Virus record (IMG/VR): IMGVR_UViG_3300047994_000145
Direction: 5' to 3' (one strand)
DNA: 52,695 nt
From: a virus
Below, in pieces: positions 25,700 through 34,071 of the stretch. The number at the start of each line of letters is the position of its first letter. Positions within the stretch are counted from its first letter, which is position 1. The translations under genes were made by a program, and so were the position numbers. Below the pieces are notes generated by a model. It saw nothing but the letters and a program-made list of their open reading frames with translations. It was not told the origin of the DNA and searched no databases.

Positions 25700-26087
25700 A
25701 GAGTTTGTGGAACTCCAAGAACAATGGTATAAAAAATTAAAAGACAGTGGATTCGATGATATAGAAAAGAATGAAACTTATTTGATTGTAAATAGCTCTA
25801 GCAAATTTAATAGCAAGCGAAATCAAGTTGGCTCGATGCAGAACGTGATTGATGGAATCAACAGCAGAACAGAGTACTATAGGATTGCCGGACACTTTCT
25901 TTATGATTATAAATTTGCTAATGATTTAGATAAGTTCATATGGGAGCTACATTCAGAAGGAATAAGTGTTAGGAATATAACTTTAAAACTAAAAGAAAAA
26001 GGTATTGATTTGTGTCGGGCATCCGCTGGAGTTAAACTGTTAGGCTTAAAAAAAGAAATGATAAAACTTTATGGAATCGATAGTTAA
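25683..26087 (+). CDS. Hypothetical protein with a C-terminal helix-turn-helix-like segment; candidate transcription regulator
   Basis: EGISVRNITLKLKEKGI resembles the HTH of sigma region 4 or LuxR proteins. This is a weak, by-eye resemblance. Confidence 0.3.
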   Translation: MNSQNKEFVELQEQWYKKLKDSGFDDIEKNETYLIVNSSSKFNSKRNQVGSMQNVIDGINSRTEYYRIAGHFLYDYKFANDLDKFIWELHSEGISVRNITLKLKEKGIDLCRASAGVKLLGLKKEMIKLYGIDS

Positions 26088-26487
26088 TAAATCAGAGCTC
26101 ATAGACTACAGAAACCATTTGACCGACGACAGAAACTTTATTCTCGCTACTTTCCTACGAGGTCTCTATTACGGAGATTCATGGTTTAGTGAGATAAACA
26201 AGTCAGTATTTATGGAGCATTATCATAAAGTTATCAATTACTTGATTGATAAAAAGACCATCAACATACGTGTGGCCTGTCTGAAAGATGATCCCACGGT
26301 GATATTAGGGTATGCTATTTTTGAAGGGGACACGCTTCACTGGGTTTTTATCAAAAAGAGCTGGCGAAACATAGGATTAGCTAAAGACCTGGTGCCAAAA
26401 GATATTAAAATTGTAACTCACTTGACCTCTGTAGGGTTGAGTATTTCTAAACGAAAAGGGTTTGAGTTTAACCCTTTTAAACTATAA
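26071..26487 (+). CDS. GNAT-like acetyltransferase-fold protein
   Basis: VILGYAIFEGDTLHWVFIKKSWRNIGLAKDL contains an R-x-x-G-x-A motif A-like element. The start is uncertain. Confidence 0.4.
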   Translation: MESIVNKSELIDYRNHLTDDRNFILATFLRGLYYGDSWFSEINKSVFMEHYHKVINYLIDKKTINIRVACLKDDPTVILGYAIFEGDTLHWVFIKKSWRNIGLAKDLVPKDIKIVTHLTSVGLSISKRKGFEFNPFKL

Positions 26488-26502
26488 TCGAAAGGAAGTA
26501 AA

Positions 26503-26691
26503 ATGGAAACCAAGAGAACTATGGAACAACTTAAAGCAGAATATGGTGAGTTGTGTGCAAAAGCAGGACACCTCAATTATCAAATTAGGGCCCTTGAAAA
26601 AGACTTAGAACAAGTATACGAACTGCTTTTCAGTGCAAATTTAGAAGCAGCAGCACTTGCAAGTAAACCAAAGGAAGAGGCTAAATCATGA
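26503..26691 (+). CDS. Small coiled-coil protein (62 aa)
   Basis: AAGGAAG RBS. Confidence 0.55.
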   Translation: METKRTMEQLKAEYGELCAKAGHLNYQIRALEKDLEQVYELLFSANLEAAALASKPKEEAKS

Positions 26692-26927
26692 AAAAAGTAC
26701 TATACGCACGGTTGCACACCGAGGCCTATACTCCCATGGTTGGATCTATCGGCTTAGTGTTGCCCCCGGTGGCCAAAACATTCGCAGACCTAGAGATGAC
26801 TAGCGATGGTCTAAATCTGACGGTGAGGTTTGGGTTTAAAGGATTTCCTGTGGAGTTACTGATTCCACATGGAAATATAAGTATGATGGTAGTGGAACCT
26901 ACTGAATCTAAGAAATCGTCCAAATAG
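26688..26927 (+). CDS. Hypothetical protein (79 aa)
   Basis: ORF track; ATGA overlap with the upstream gene. Confidence 0.55.
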   Translation: MKKVLYARLHTEAYTPMVGSIGLVLPPVAKTFADLEMTSDGLNLTVRFGFKGFPVELLIPHGNISMMVVEPTESKKSSK

Positions 26928-26936
26928 GATAACGAT

Positions 26937-27287
26937 ATGGCACGAAAGCTAGTAAACAATGGAGATGTTAGCGTAAAAGATGAGAATGGAATCTTTACAA
27001 AGGTTAGTAGTGCCGCTCCTAAGCCTCAGGAAGAGGCCGCTAGAGACCCTAGTCCCAAGGATATTATACTCGATGATATGATGGACAACCACATGCTTTT
27101 ACTGTTTAGGGAGACTAGGGCTCTAGTTATGGAGTCTAAAATGGAAGGTAGGTTGAGCAAAGAAAGTGCCTATGCCATGAGAGAAAATCTAAAGCTCTTG
27201 TGTGTACTTAAAAAGGCCGAAAAAGACCTACTTGAAGTTTTACCCAATAAAGAATTAGACAAACTAATCAGTGAGAAGAAAAAATGA
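26937..27287 (+). CDS. Hypothetical protein; possible small terminase subunit, judged by position only
   Basis: Immediately upstream of TerL and overlapping it. Confidence 0.35.
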   Translation: MARKLVNNGDVSVKDENGIFTKVSSAAPKPQEEAARDPSPKDIILDDMMDNHMLLLFRETRALVMESKMEGRLSKESAYAMRENLKLLCVLKKAEKDLLEVLPNKELDKLISEKKK

Positions 27288-28735
27288 GTGTTTTAAGAAC
27301 TCCCGATATAAAAACTCTTCTATTAGAAAAAGCTAAGAGAGAAAAGCAGTTAGCTAAATCAAAACAATTCGATTTAACTGACGGGTTTGATAAACAAAAT
27401 AACTTTATTACCGATAACTCAAGATTCATAGCAGCACAGTGTAGTCGGCGTGCAGGTAAATCAAGTGGATTAGCTATTAAGTTCTTTAAAACATTAGAGA
27501 AACACCCAGGAGCACAGTGTATTTACCTAGCATTGACCCGTGAAGCTGCTTTTTCTATCATGTGGAATCTATTAATAGAATTCAATGAATTTTACAAACT
27601 GGGATGTACTTTCACCGAGTCAAGATTGACCATGAACCATCCTAATGGTTCAAAACTTAGGTTACTCGGAGCCGATGCTAAAAACTTCATCAAAAGGCTG
27701 AGGGGCATTAAAACCCCCGGTGTTGCTATTGATGAGGCTCAGGACTTTGGTCCGCACTTGCAAAGCCTCGTCGACGATATTCTCACTCCTGCAATGGCTG
27801 ACTATGCAGACAGTTGGCTTGCTATCACAGGGACACCAGGGCCAGTTCCTAACGGTTATTTTTTTGAAGTGACACAGCAAAAGAAATATGGGTATTCTTT
27901 ACATAAATGGACCATACTAGACAATCCTCACATGCCCAATGCCTATAATTTTATTGAAGAACTAAAACAAAAAAGAGAGTGGAAAGACAATAATCCTACG
28001 TTGCTCCGAGAATGGTTGAACAACTGGGTACTGGATGTAAGTTCTCTTTGGATAAAATATGATCGAATTGCTTCCAATTATACCTCCCTACCTTCTGTGC
28101 CAGAGCATAAACTTCACTATATACTTGGAGTTGATATAGGTTTTAATGACGCAGATGCTATAGCTGTAGTGTGTTGGGATGAAAAAAGTTCAATTACTTA
28201 TTTGGTAGAAGAAGTAATTAAAACAAAACAAGGAGTTACCGAATTAGCTGACCAGATAAACGCATTAAGAAAGAAATACAATCCAGATCAAATAGTTATG
28301 GACGCCGGTGCTTTGGGTAAAAAGGTTCATGAAGAACTTAGTAGAAGGCACCAAATACCTGTGCAAGCTGCTGATAAGACAAGGAAACAGGAAAACGTTG
28401 AGTTTCTAAATGACGCACTAAGAACAGGAAGGTTCAAGGCAAAAGAAACATCACGGTTTGCACAGGACTCTTATCTAGTACAAATTGACTGGGATAAGAC
28501 CACACCGGATAGAGTCGTAATAAAGAAGCAGCCTCACTCTGATATTATTGACGCGGTGTTATACGCATTTAAGTTAAGCCCTGCCTATACTTATCAAGCT
28601 CCACCAGTTAAACCACCATATGGATCTAAGGCATGGGTACAGGCTGAGGTAGATAAGATGTTTGAAATGGAATTGGAACACTTAAAAGAACAAGAAGAGC
28701 TCTCAAAATGGAGCAAATCAATAGGTTTTGATTAA
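27284..28735 (+). CDS. terL: Terminase large subunit
   Basis: Walker A CSRRAGKSSG; Walker B VAIDEAQD; TGTPGP; nuclease-domain motif GVDIGFNDADAIAV. Confidence 0.88.
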   Translation: MSVLRTPDIKTLLLEKAKREKQLAKSKQFDLTDGFDKQNNFITDNSRFIAAQCSRRAGKSSGLAIKFFKTLEKHPGAQCIYLALTREAAFSIMWNLLIEFNEFYKLGCTFTESRLTMNHPNGSKLRLLGADAKNFIKRLRGIKTPGVAIDEAQDFGPHLQSLVDDILTPAMADYADSWLAITGTPGPVPNGYFFEVTQQKKYGYSLHKWTILDNPHMPNAYNFIEELKQKREWKDNNPTLLREWLNNWVLDVSSLWIKYDRIASNYTSLPSVPEHKLHYILGVDIGFNDADAIAVVCWDEKSSITYLVEEVIKTKQGVTELADQINALRKKYNPDQIVMDAGALGKKVHEELSRRHQIPVQAADKTRKQENVEFLNDALRTGRFKAKETSRFAQDSYLVQIDWDKTTPDRVVIKKQPHSDIIDAVLYAFKLSPAYTYQAPPVKPPYGSKAWVQAEVDKMFEMELEHLKEQEELSKWSKSIGFD

Positions 28736-28769
28736 AAAATCATCAAAAAACCTCAATTTTATCAAATTC

Positions 28770-28786
28770 AAAGACTAAATACCGTA
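28770..28786 (+). promoter_or_regulatory. Conserved 17-mer AAAGACTAAATACCGTA, copy 1 (candidate late promoter or processing site)
   Basis: Identical 17-mers at 45153 and 51011 and a 14/17 copy at 38682. All are intergenic, on the plus strand and ahead of structural genes. Confidence 0.55.
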
Positions 28787-28801
28787 AATGAGAGGTTTTA
28801 T

Positions 28802-29035
28802 ATGCTACCATTCCTATCCCAAAGACGCAAAAGTGACGGCATCGCCATGGAGGTACGCCGCCCAGACAATATGGAAGGTAAAGAACCTAATCAGGATTTA
28901 GATGGGGTTGAAATGGCCATGGATGACCTTTGCAAAGCCCACGATAAAAAAGACTACAAAGGTATGGCTGCAGCATTCAAAGCTGCATTCGATATTCTGG
29001 AATCGCAGCCTCATGAAGAAGCTTCCAACGAATAA
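28802..29035 (+). CDS. Hypothetical head-module protein (77 aa)
   Basis: GAGAGG RBS. Confidence 0.55.
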   Translation: MLPFLSQRRKSDGIAMEVRRPDNMEGKEPNQDLDGVEMAMDDLCKAHDKKDYKGMAAAFKAAFDILESQPHEEASNE

Positions 29036-29060
29036 ATTTAATTAATTTAGGAGACTTAAA

Positions 29061-29933
29061 ATGCCGTTGATACGAGGAAAAAGCCGAAAGGCTGTTGGCC
29101 AAAACATTAAATCTGAGATGGATGCTGGAAAACCACAAAAGCAATCCATAGCAATAGCCCTTGATATGGCTAGAAGAGCAGGCGCCAAGATGCCTATGAA
29201 AAAAGCCATGGGCGGTGAACTGAGTGCAAAAGATGAAATGCGTGCTAATGCCGACAATGCTAAAAGTGACAGAGATGAAAGTATGCTAGATGGCCATCCT
29301 ACCATGGATGGACCTGAAATTGACTTTAGCAGCGAACGACGAGCCTCTGCAGACAACTCTCTTGATGCAAGAGAAATGGCAATGCGAAAAAGAATGATGG
29401 CAATCGGTGGCGAGATCAACTTCCATGATGAGTCAGAAGCAAATGCTGATAACGCCAGAGATATGAGAGAAATGGCAATGCTCGATAGCAAACCCTTAAG
29501 ACACGCTGATGAGCTTAGTGCTAACGACGAAGGTCACGTAGGGGCAGACAGCCGAGATGATATGGAAATGTCCATGATGCGCGATCAACTCCCGTCAGAC
29601 AGCTACTCCAAACGTGGAATTGTTAATTTTGCAGATGGCGGTGAGTTAGATGACAGCCCGGCATCCTTAGCCCAGAGAATTCGATCCAAAAGAAGCATGA
29701 TGACTGTTAAAGACGATAGTCCAGAAGATGCACTGCAAGAGATGAACGGAAACGAGAACTTAAATCAAGAAGATGATATGAGTTTCAACGCAGCTAGGAA
29801 AAAGACCTATTTTGATGACAGTCAGCTCAGCAAACAACCCATGGACTCGAATCTACACGGTGATAATCTATCAGACGAAGACTCTTATGACATGGTAGAT
29901 AGCATTCGAAGAAAGATGAAAAGTAAAAGATAA
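29061..29933 (+). CDS. Highly charged repeat protein (290 aa); probably a virion or assembly protein
   Basis: Four-fold (S/A)ANADNA...REMAM-type repeats and three xGGE(L/I) motifs. Confidence 0.6.
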   Translation: MPLIRGKSRKAVGQNIKSEMDAGKPQKQSIAIALDMARRAGAKMPMKKAMGGELSAKDEMRANADNAKSDRDESMLDGHPTMDGPEIDFSSERRASADNSLDAREMAMRKRMMAIGGEINFHDESEANADNARDMREMAMLDSKPLRHADELSANDEGHVGADSRDDMEMSMMRDQLPSDSYSKRGIVNFADGGELDDSPASLAQRIRSKRSMMTVKDDSPEDALQEMNGNENLNQEDDMSFNAARKKTYFDDSQLSKQPMDSNLHGDNLSDEDSYDMVDSIRRKMKSKR

Positions 29934-29945
29934 CAAGAGGTTGAA

Positions 29946-30182
29946 ATGGATTTCAAACAACTTAAAAAACTTGCTGAAGTCTGCCGCAAAGCAGGCATTA
30001 AGCACTTTAAAAACTCAGAAATAGAATTCACTCTTAATGACTATGTTCCAACAGACACAAAGAGTAAAAAGTCAGTTGCTAGTGGCCCTGTAATAGATGC
30101 AAGCTTCAAATCAGAAGGCTTATCAGATGAAGCTTTGTTATTCTATAGCGCGGTGGATGCTGCTGAAGATATTAAGGTCTAA
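29946..30182 (+). CDS. Hypothetical protein (78 aa)
   Basis: AGAGG RBS. Confidence 0.55.
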   Translation: MDFKQLKKLAEVCRKAGIKHFKNSEIEFTLNDYVPTDTKSKKSVASGPVIDASFKSEGLSDEALLFYSAVDAAEDIKV

Positions 30183-30193
30183 TTGAGGAATAC

Positions 30194-32098
30194 ATGAAAG
30201 TCACCAAAGCAAAAGGTCCATCAGATAGAATAACTTTTAAAACTAAAGATGTTGATTCCATTGTTAAAGGTACGTTCAAATGGTGGAAAGCAGACAACAA
30301 AGCCGCTCTTACCGGGCAAGTACTTCAAACTGCAGCGTATTTAAAAGAATCGCAGAATTATCTATTCAGACAAACCTCTATATACGCAAGATTATATGGT
30401 AATCTGTCTCTGTTCTCATTTATTGGTAGCAACACCAGTAAACTAGATCAACAAACAGGTCTACCGATTGACAGACCTACTTTCAACCTGGTCCAATCCT
30501 GCACAGACACTATTGTATCTAGGATCAGCCAAGCTAAGCCATCACCGGTGTTCTTAACAGACGCAGGGGATGATAAAGAACGTAGGTTATCGAAACAACT
30601 AAATAACTTTGTTCAAGGTGAGTTCTACCAAGCTAAGGTTTATGAAAAAGCTGCTATCATTCTAAGAGACGCATGTGTAACAGGAACAGGCATACTTCAT
30701 ATATACGAAGGTAAAGAACATAAAGTAGCTATAGAGCGTGTTCTAAGAACAGAGCTATTAATAGACCCAAATGATGGAATGTACGGTGAACCAAGACAGC
30801 TATTTAGGATGAAATTAATTGACAGAGACGTTCTAAAAGAAATAGCACCGAGCTTTAAGAGCCTAATAGAAGGTGCTGCAATGGCTTATCCAGATAATTC
30901 AGCAGACTCTTCTAAGACAGTATCTGATCAAGTAATGGTTGTAGAAGCTTGGCATCTACCAAGTGGTCCAGGAGCTAAAGACGGAAGGCACGTAATATCC
31001 TGCTCCTCTGGCACGATACTAGACGAACCCTACAATAAAGAAAAATTTCCTTTTGTTTTCCTACAATACTCACCAAGGCTATTAGGATTCTGGGCACAAG
31101 GGCTAGCAGAACAACTCATGGGAACTCAGATAGAAATTAATTCGCTGCTATTTACCATCTCACGTGCCATTAAGTTAGTAGGTGTACCAAGAATATTTGT
31201 TGAATCAGGCTCTAGAGTCACAAAAGCTAGTTTTAACAATGAGGTAGGCTCCATTATCGAGTATACCGGTATGAAGCCTCAATATGAGATAGCACCTTGT
31301 GTCCCTCAAGAGCTGTACGCCCAATTACAGCGTTTAATCGAGTACGGCTACCAACAATGTGGTGTTTCTGCAATGCAGGCATCAGCTCAGAAACCAGCAG
31401 GACTTAACAGTGGTGAGGCTATTAGATCTTATGACGATATATCTACAGATAGGATGGCATCAATAAGCAAAAGATACGACAACTTATTCATTGACCTTGC
31501 GTATCAAGTTATTGATATTGCAAAAGAAATAGCCGAAAGAGAAGGAAAATATGCCACGGTTTACCCAAACAAAGACGGTACTAAAGAGATCAACCTTCCT
31601 GATTTAGCATTAACAGATGATCCATTTGTTATTCAAGTGTTTAATCAATCTAGTTTACCTAAAGAACCATCAGGCAGAATGCAGAAGGTAGCGGAACTAA
31701 TACAGTCAGGGATGGTGACCATCAAAGAAGGTCGCAGGTTATTAGACTATCCTGACCTTGAACAAATAGAAAAACTTGCCAATGCTTCAGAGGAACGTAT
31801 ATATCGGGTATTAGACAAGATCATCGAAGACGGTGAATACACACCGCCTGATCCTTTTATGGACTTACAGCTGGCTAATGATATTACGGTTCAGTACTAT
31901 AACTGCTACGTACCCGCTAAGTTGGAAGAAGACCGAGCTCAAATGCTAAGGGACTTTTTCACACAGGTACAGACTTTGAAGCAGGCTGCAATGCCTCAGC
32001 AACCAGCACCAGGAGGAGCAATACCTCCTCAGGCACAGCCTCAGCCTCTTCCTCAATCTCCCCTCGTTCCCAATAATAATCCGACGGGAGCCCAATAA
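30194..32098 (+). CDS. Portal protein
   Basis: 634 aa; lies between the terminase and the scaffold/capsid genes; Pro/Gln-rich C-terminal tail. Called from size and synteny, not from a motif. Confidence 0.6.
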   Translation: MKVTKAKGPSDRITFKTKDVDSIVKGTFKWWKADNKAALTGQVLQTAAYLKESQNYLFRQTSIYARLYGNLSLFSFIGSNTSKLDQQTGLPIDRPTFNLVQSCTDTIVSRISQAKPSPVFLTDAGDDKERRLSKQLNNFVQGEFYQAKVYEKAAIILRDACVTGTGILHIYEGKEHKVAIERVLRTELLIDPNDGMYGEPRQLFRMKLIDRDVLKEIAPSFKSLIEGAAMAYPDNSADSSKTVSDQVMVVEAWHLPSGPGAKDGRHVISCSSGTILDEPYNKEKFPFVFLQYSPRLLGFWAQGLAEQLMGTQIEINSLLFTISRAIKLVGVPRIFVESGSRVTKASFNNEVGSIIEYTGMKPQYEIAPCVPQELYAQLQRLIEYGYQQCGVSAMQASAQKPAGLNSGEAIRSYDDISTDRMASISKRYDNLFIDLAYQVIDIAKEIAEREGKYATVYPNKDGTKEINLPDLALTDDPFVIQVFNQSSLPKEPSGRMQKVAELIQSGMVTIKEGRRLLDYPDLEQIEKLANASEERIYRVLDKIIEDGEYTPPDPFMDLQLANDITVQYYNCYVPAKLEEDRAQMLRDFFTQVQTLKQAAMPQQPAPGGAIPPQAQPQPLPQSPLVPNNNPTGAQ

Positions 32099-32150
32099 TT
32101 TAGAGTTACTAAATTAAATCAAGAAGTTACATATAATTAAACCGCGTTGT

Positions 32151-32182
32151 TAGCTATAAGATACAATAAGTACTTATAGCTA
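32151..32182 (+). other. Intergenic hairpin (10-bp stem TAGCTATAAG/CTTATAGCTA, 12-nt loop)
   Basis: Perfect inverted repeat between portal and scaffold with no T-tract. Possibly an RNA processing or stability element. Confidence 0.4.
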
Positions 32183-32237
32183 AAAAATAACGCTGAAGCA
32201 ATAAACCGCAGACAATAAGTTTGCACATGGAGTATAT

Positions 32238-33263
32238 ATGAAATTGACCCCTATCGTAGCCCCAAGCGTAACACCTTTAACCGCTGGAAAACTTAACACA
32301 GCACCAGGTCCTAGCAACCAGCCTTCACCTCGTGAACGAGCAATTGCAAAGATGATGGAAAACACCCCTGCACAGCCTCAGGATACCCCGGTGAAAAACC
32401 CCTCTCAAGTAGCCCCTGAGGAAATGAGTGCTATTAGATCCCCTTCTAAACCTGCTGGACTAAATAACACTATTGAGGATATAGGCAATCAAATGCCGCC
32501 CCAAGAAGCACCTAAGGCAGCAGAAGAACCTTTATCTTCCCAATACGCAGCTTTAGCGCGTAAAGAGAGAGCTTTAAGACAACGAGAACAGCAATTAAAG
32601 ATTAAAGAAGCTCAGCTCCCTAAGGAAGATAAACAACCAGCCCTCCCTCAGACCGACCTTTCTAAGTTCGTTGACCGCGAACGCCTCGTAAAAGATCCAT
32701 TTACAGTTTTAAATGAACTTGGTTTAACTTACGAACAGCTCACAGAGCTTGCCCTTAACGGACCATCTCAAGAAAACATGACGATGAACAACGAACTCAG
32801 GGCACTTAGAGAAGAGCTCAAAGCATTGAAAGGTGATACTGAGAGTACTAAAAAGACAATAGCTGAGCAAAATGAACTGCAACGTAAACAAGCTATTACG
32901 CAGTTAAAAGCTGAAACTGCAAGGCTGGTGAAAGCAAGTCCCGAATTTGAAACGATCAAAGCAACTAACAGCATAAGCGATGTAGTTGAACTGATCGAAA
33001 GAACGTTTGACGAGGACGGTTACCTAATGACAGTAGAGGAAGCCGCCCATGAGGTTGAAGATTTCTTGACCGAGGAGGCCCTTAAACTGGCGCGGTTGAG
33101 TAAGATTCAACAGAAGTTGGCACCGAAAGCAGCGCCGGTGTCTAGCTCTACTGTAGCACCGCAGCAACAAGGGATGAAAACCCTGACAAACAGCGTTAGT
33201 ACAAGCAAGCCCATGAGCGCACGTGAGCGAGCAATACTGGCGATGCAAGGTAAATTACATTAA
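32238..33263 (+). CDS. Scaffolding protein
   Basis: Helical, Glu/Lys/Gln/Pro-rich, 341 aa; lies between the portal and the capsid gene. Confidence 0.55.
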   Translation: MKLTPIVAPSVTPLTAGKLNTAPGPSNQPSPRERAIAKMMENTPAQPQDTPVKNPSQVAPEEMSAIRSPSKPAGLNNTIEDIGNQMPPQEAPKAAEEPLSSQYAALARKERALRQREQQLKIKEAQLPKEDKQPALPQTDLSKFVDRERLVKDPFTVLNELGLTYEQLTELALNGPSQENMTMNNELRALREELKALKGDTESTKKTIAEQNELQRKQAITQLKAETARLVKASPEFETIKATNSISDVVELIERTFDEDGYLMTVEEAAHEVEDFLTEEALKLARLSKIQQKLAPKAAPVSSSTVAPQQQGMKTLTNSVSTSKPMSARERAILAMQGKLH

Positions 33264-33283
33264 CTATAATAAATTTAATAATT

Positions 33284-33320
33284 TACACGTTATCATTAAA
33301 ATAGTTTAAGATAACGTGTA
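33284..33320 (+). other. Hairpin (11-bp stem TACACGTTATC/GATAACGTGTA, 15-nt loop) after the scaffold gene
   Basis: Perfect inverted repeat with no clear U-tract. Confidence 0.4.
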
Positions 33321-33391
33321 GATTATATTAACAATGCCGAGGACCACGAAGGAAGTAATTCCCGACTAACCGAGGTATAAAGGAAATTGCC

Positions 33392-33434
33392 ATGGCCGCA
33401 ATTTATGCAAACCCCCAAAATCAAGTAGCAGCTT
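33392..33434 (+). CDS. Major capsid protein, exon 1 (MAAIYANPQNQVAA + first base of a Leu codon)
   Basis: AAGGA RBS 7 nt upstream. An in-frame TAA begins at the last exon base (33434-33436). CAGCTT pairs with the internal guide GAGCTG at 33893-33898. Confidence 0.55.
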
Positions 33435-33445
33435 AAACTTATTTG

Positions 33446-33474
33446 TTGACTTAAGTAAAATAAAATGGTATATT
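33446..33474 (+). promoter_or_regulatory. Sigma70-type promoter inside the intron (TTGACT-17 nt-TATATT, with TGg extended -10), leaderless for the GIY-YIG ORF
   Basis: The ATG at 33481 lies exactly 6 nt after the -10 box, with no SD. Confidence 0.55.
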
Positions 33475-33480
33475 AAACAT

Positions 33481-33834
33481 ATGTTTAGTGATAAACCCAT
33501 GATCATATATTTTGTCAGATTAAATGATGAAATAGTTTATATAGGGCAGTCGAAACTCTCTTTGGAAGCAAGAAAAAAACAACACGAATACAATGCACAA
33601 AGAGGCAAAGGATATGTGATAGGTGCAGGCTTAAGAAAGCACGGCGCTGATAAATTCACCTGGAACGTACACAGTGTGTACTACAACCAGGTAGACTTAG
33701 ATGCAGCGGAAAAACATTACATGTCTAAATACAAACCTAAGTATAACATTAACTTAGGAGGCGAAGGGCGAGGAGTTAGAAAAAAAGATTCTATAACTCC
33801 TTGGAACAAGGGTAAAAAAGGTATGCTGTCCTAA
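33481..33834 (+). CDS. GIY-YIG homing endonuclease, catalytic domain only (117 aa)
   Basis: IIYFVRLNDEIVYIGQS (GIY...YIG); the conserved Arg; AEKHYMSKYKPKYN. The ORF ends at PWNKGKKGMLS with no DNA-binding domain. Confidence 0.8.
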   Translation: MFSDKPMIIYFVRLNDEIVYIGQSKLSLEARKKQHEYNAQRGKGYVIGAGLRKHGADKFTWNVHSVYYNQVDLDAAEKHYMSKYKPKYNINLGGEGRGVRKKDSITPWNKGKKGMLS

Positions 33835-34071
33835 ACCCTAACAGCAGACTAAAATCTTACAAAAGATTTAGTTTTACTTATGTACAATTTTAGAGCTGGA
33901 TAAATTTTCTCTAATTGACTTGGAAGCCTAGCAGTAGGTGACAAGGCGGAAGGTAAAAACCACCGTGAACGACTAAATGAGATGACGCCGAAAGGCGGTG
34001 TGATAGTCTGAACACTGGTATAACAAAAGAAACCAGTGAGGCAGGGGTTAATAACCTGCGATAACAAATTG

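Larger units (their letters stand above)
33435..34071 (+). mobile_element. Group I intron (637 nt) with a GIY-YIG ORF between the 5' splice site and the internal guide sequence
   Basis: P1 33429-34/33893-98 has a U-G wobble at the splice site. P10 34072-76/33888-92 is contiguous with P1. P7 CGACTA/TAGTCTG lies in the td-like contexts AACGACTA and ATAGTCTG. P8 carries a GAAA loop. P9 34013-19/34032-38. P9.1 34041-45/34055-59. The terminal G is at 34071. Confidence 0.6.

Noticed and set aside
33364-33372. A second CGACTAA word upstream of exon 1 as an alternative P7 strand
   Set aside because: It lies upstream of the mini-ORF's start and its RBS, and it has no matching core elements around it.
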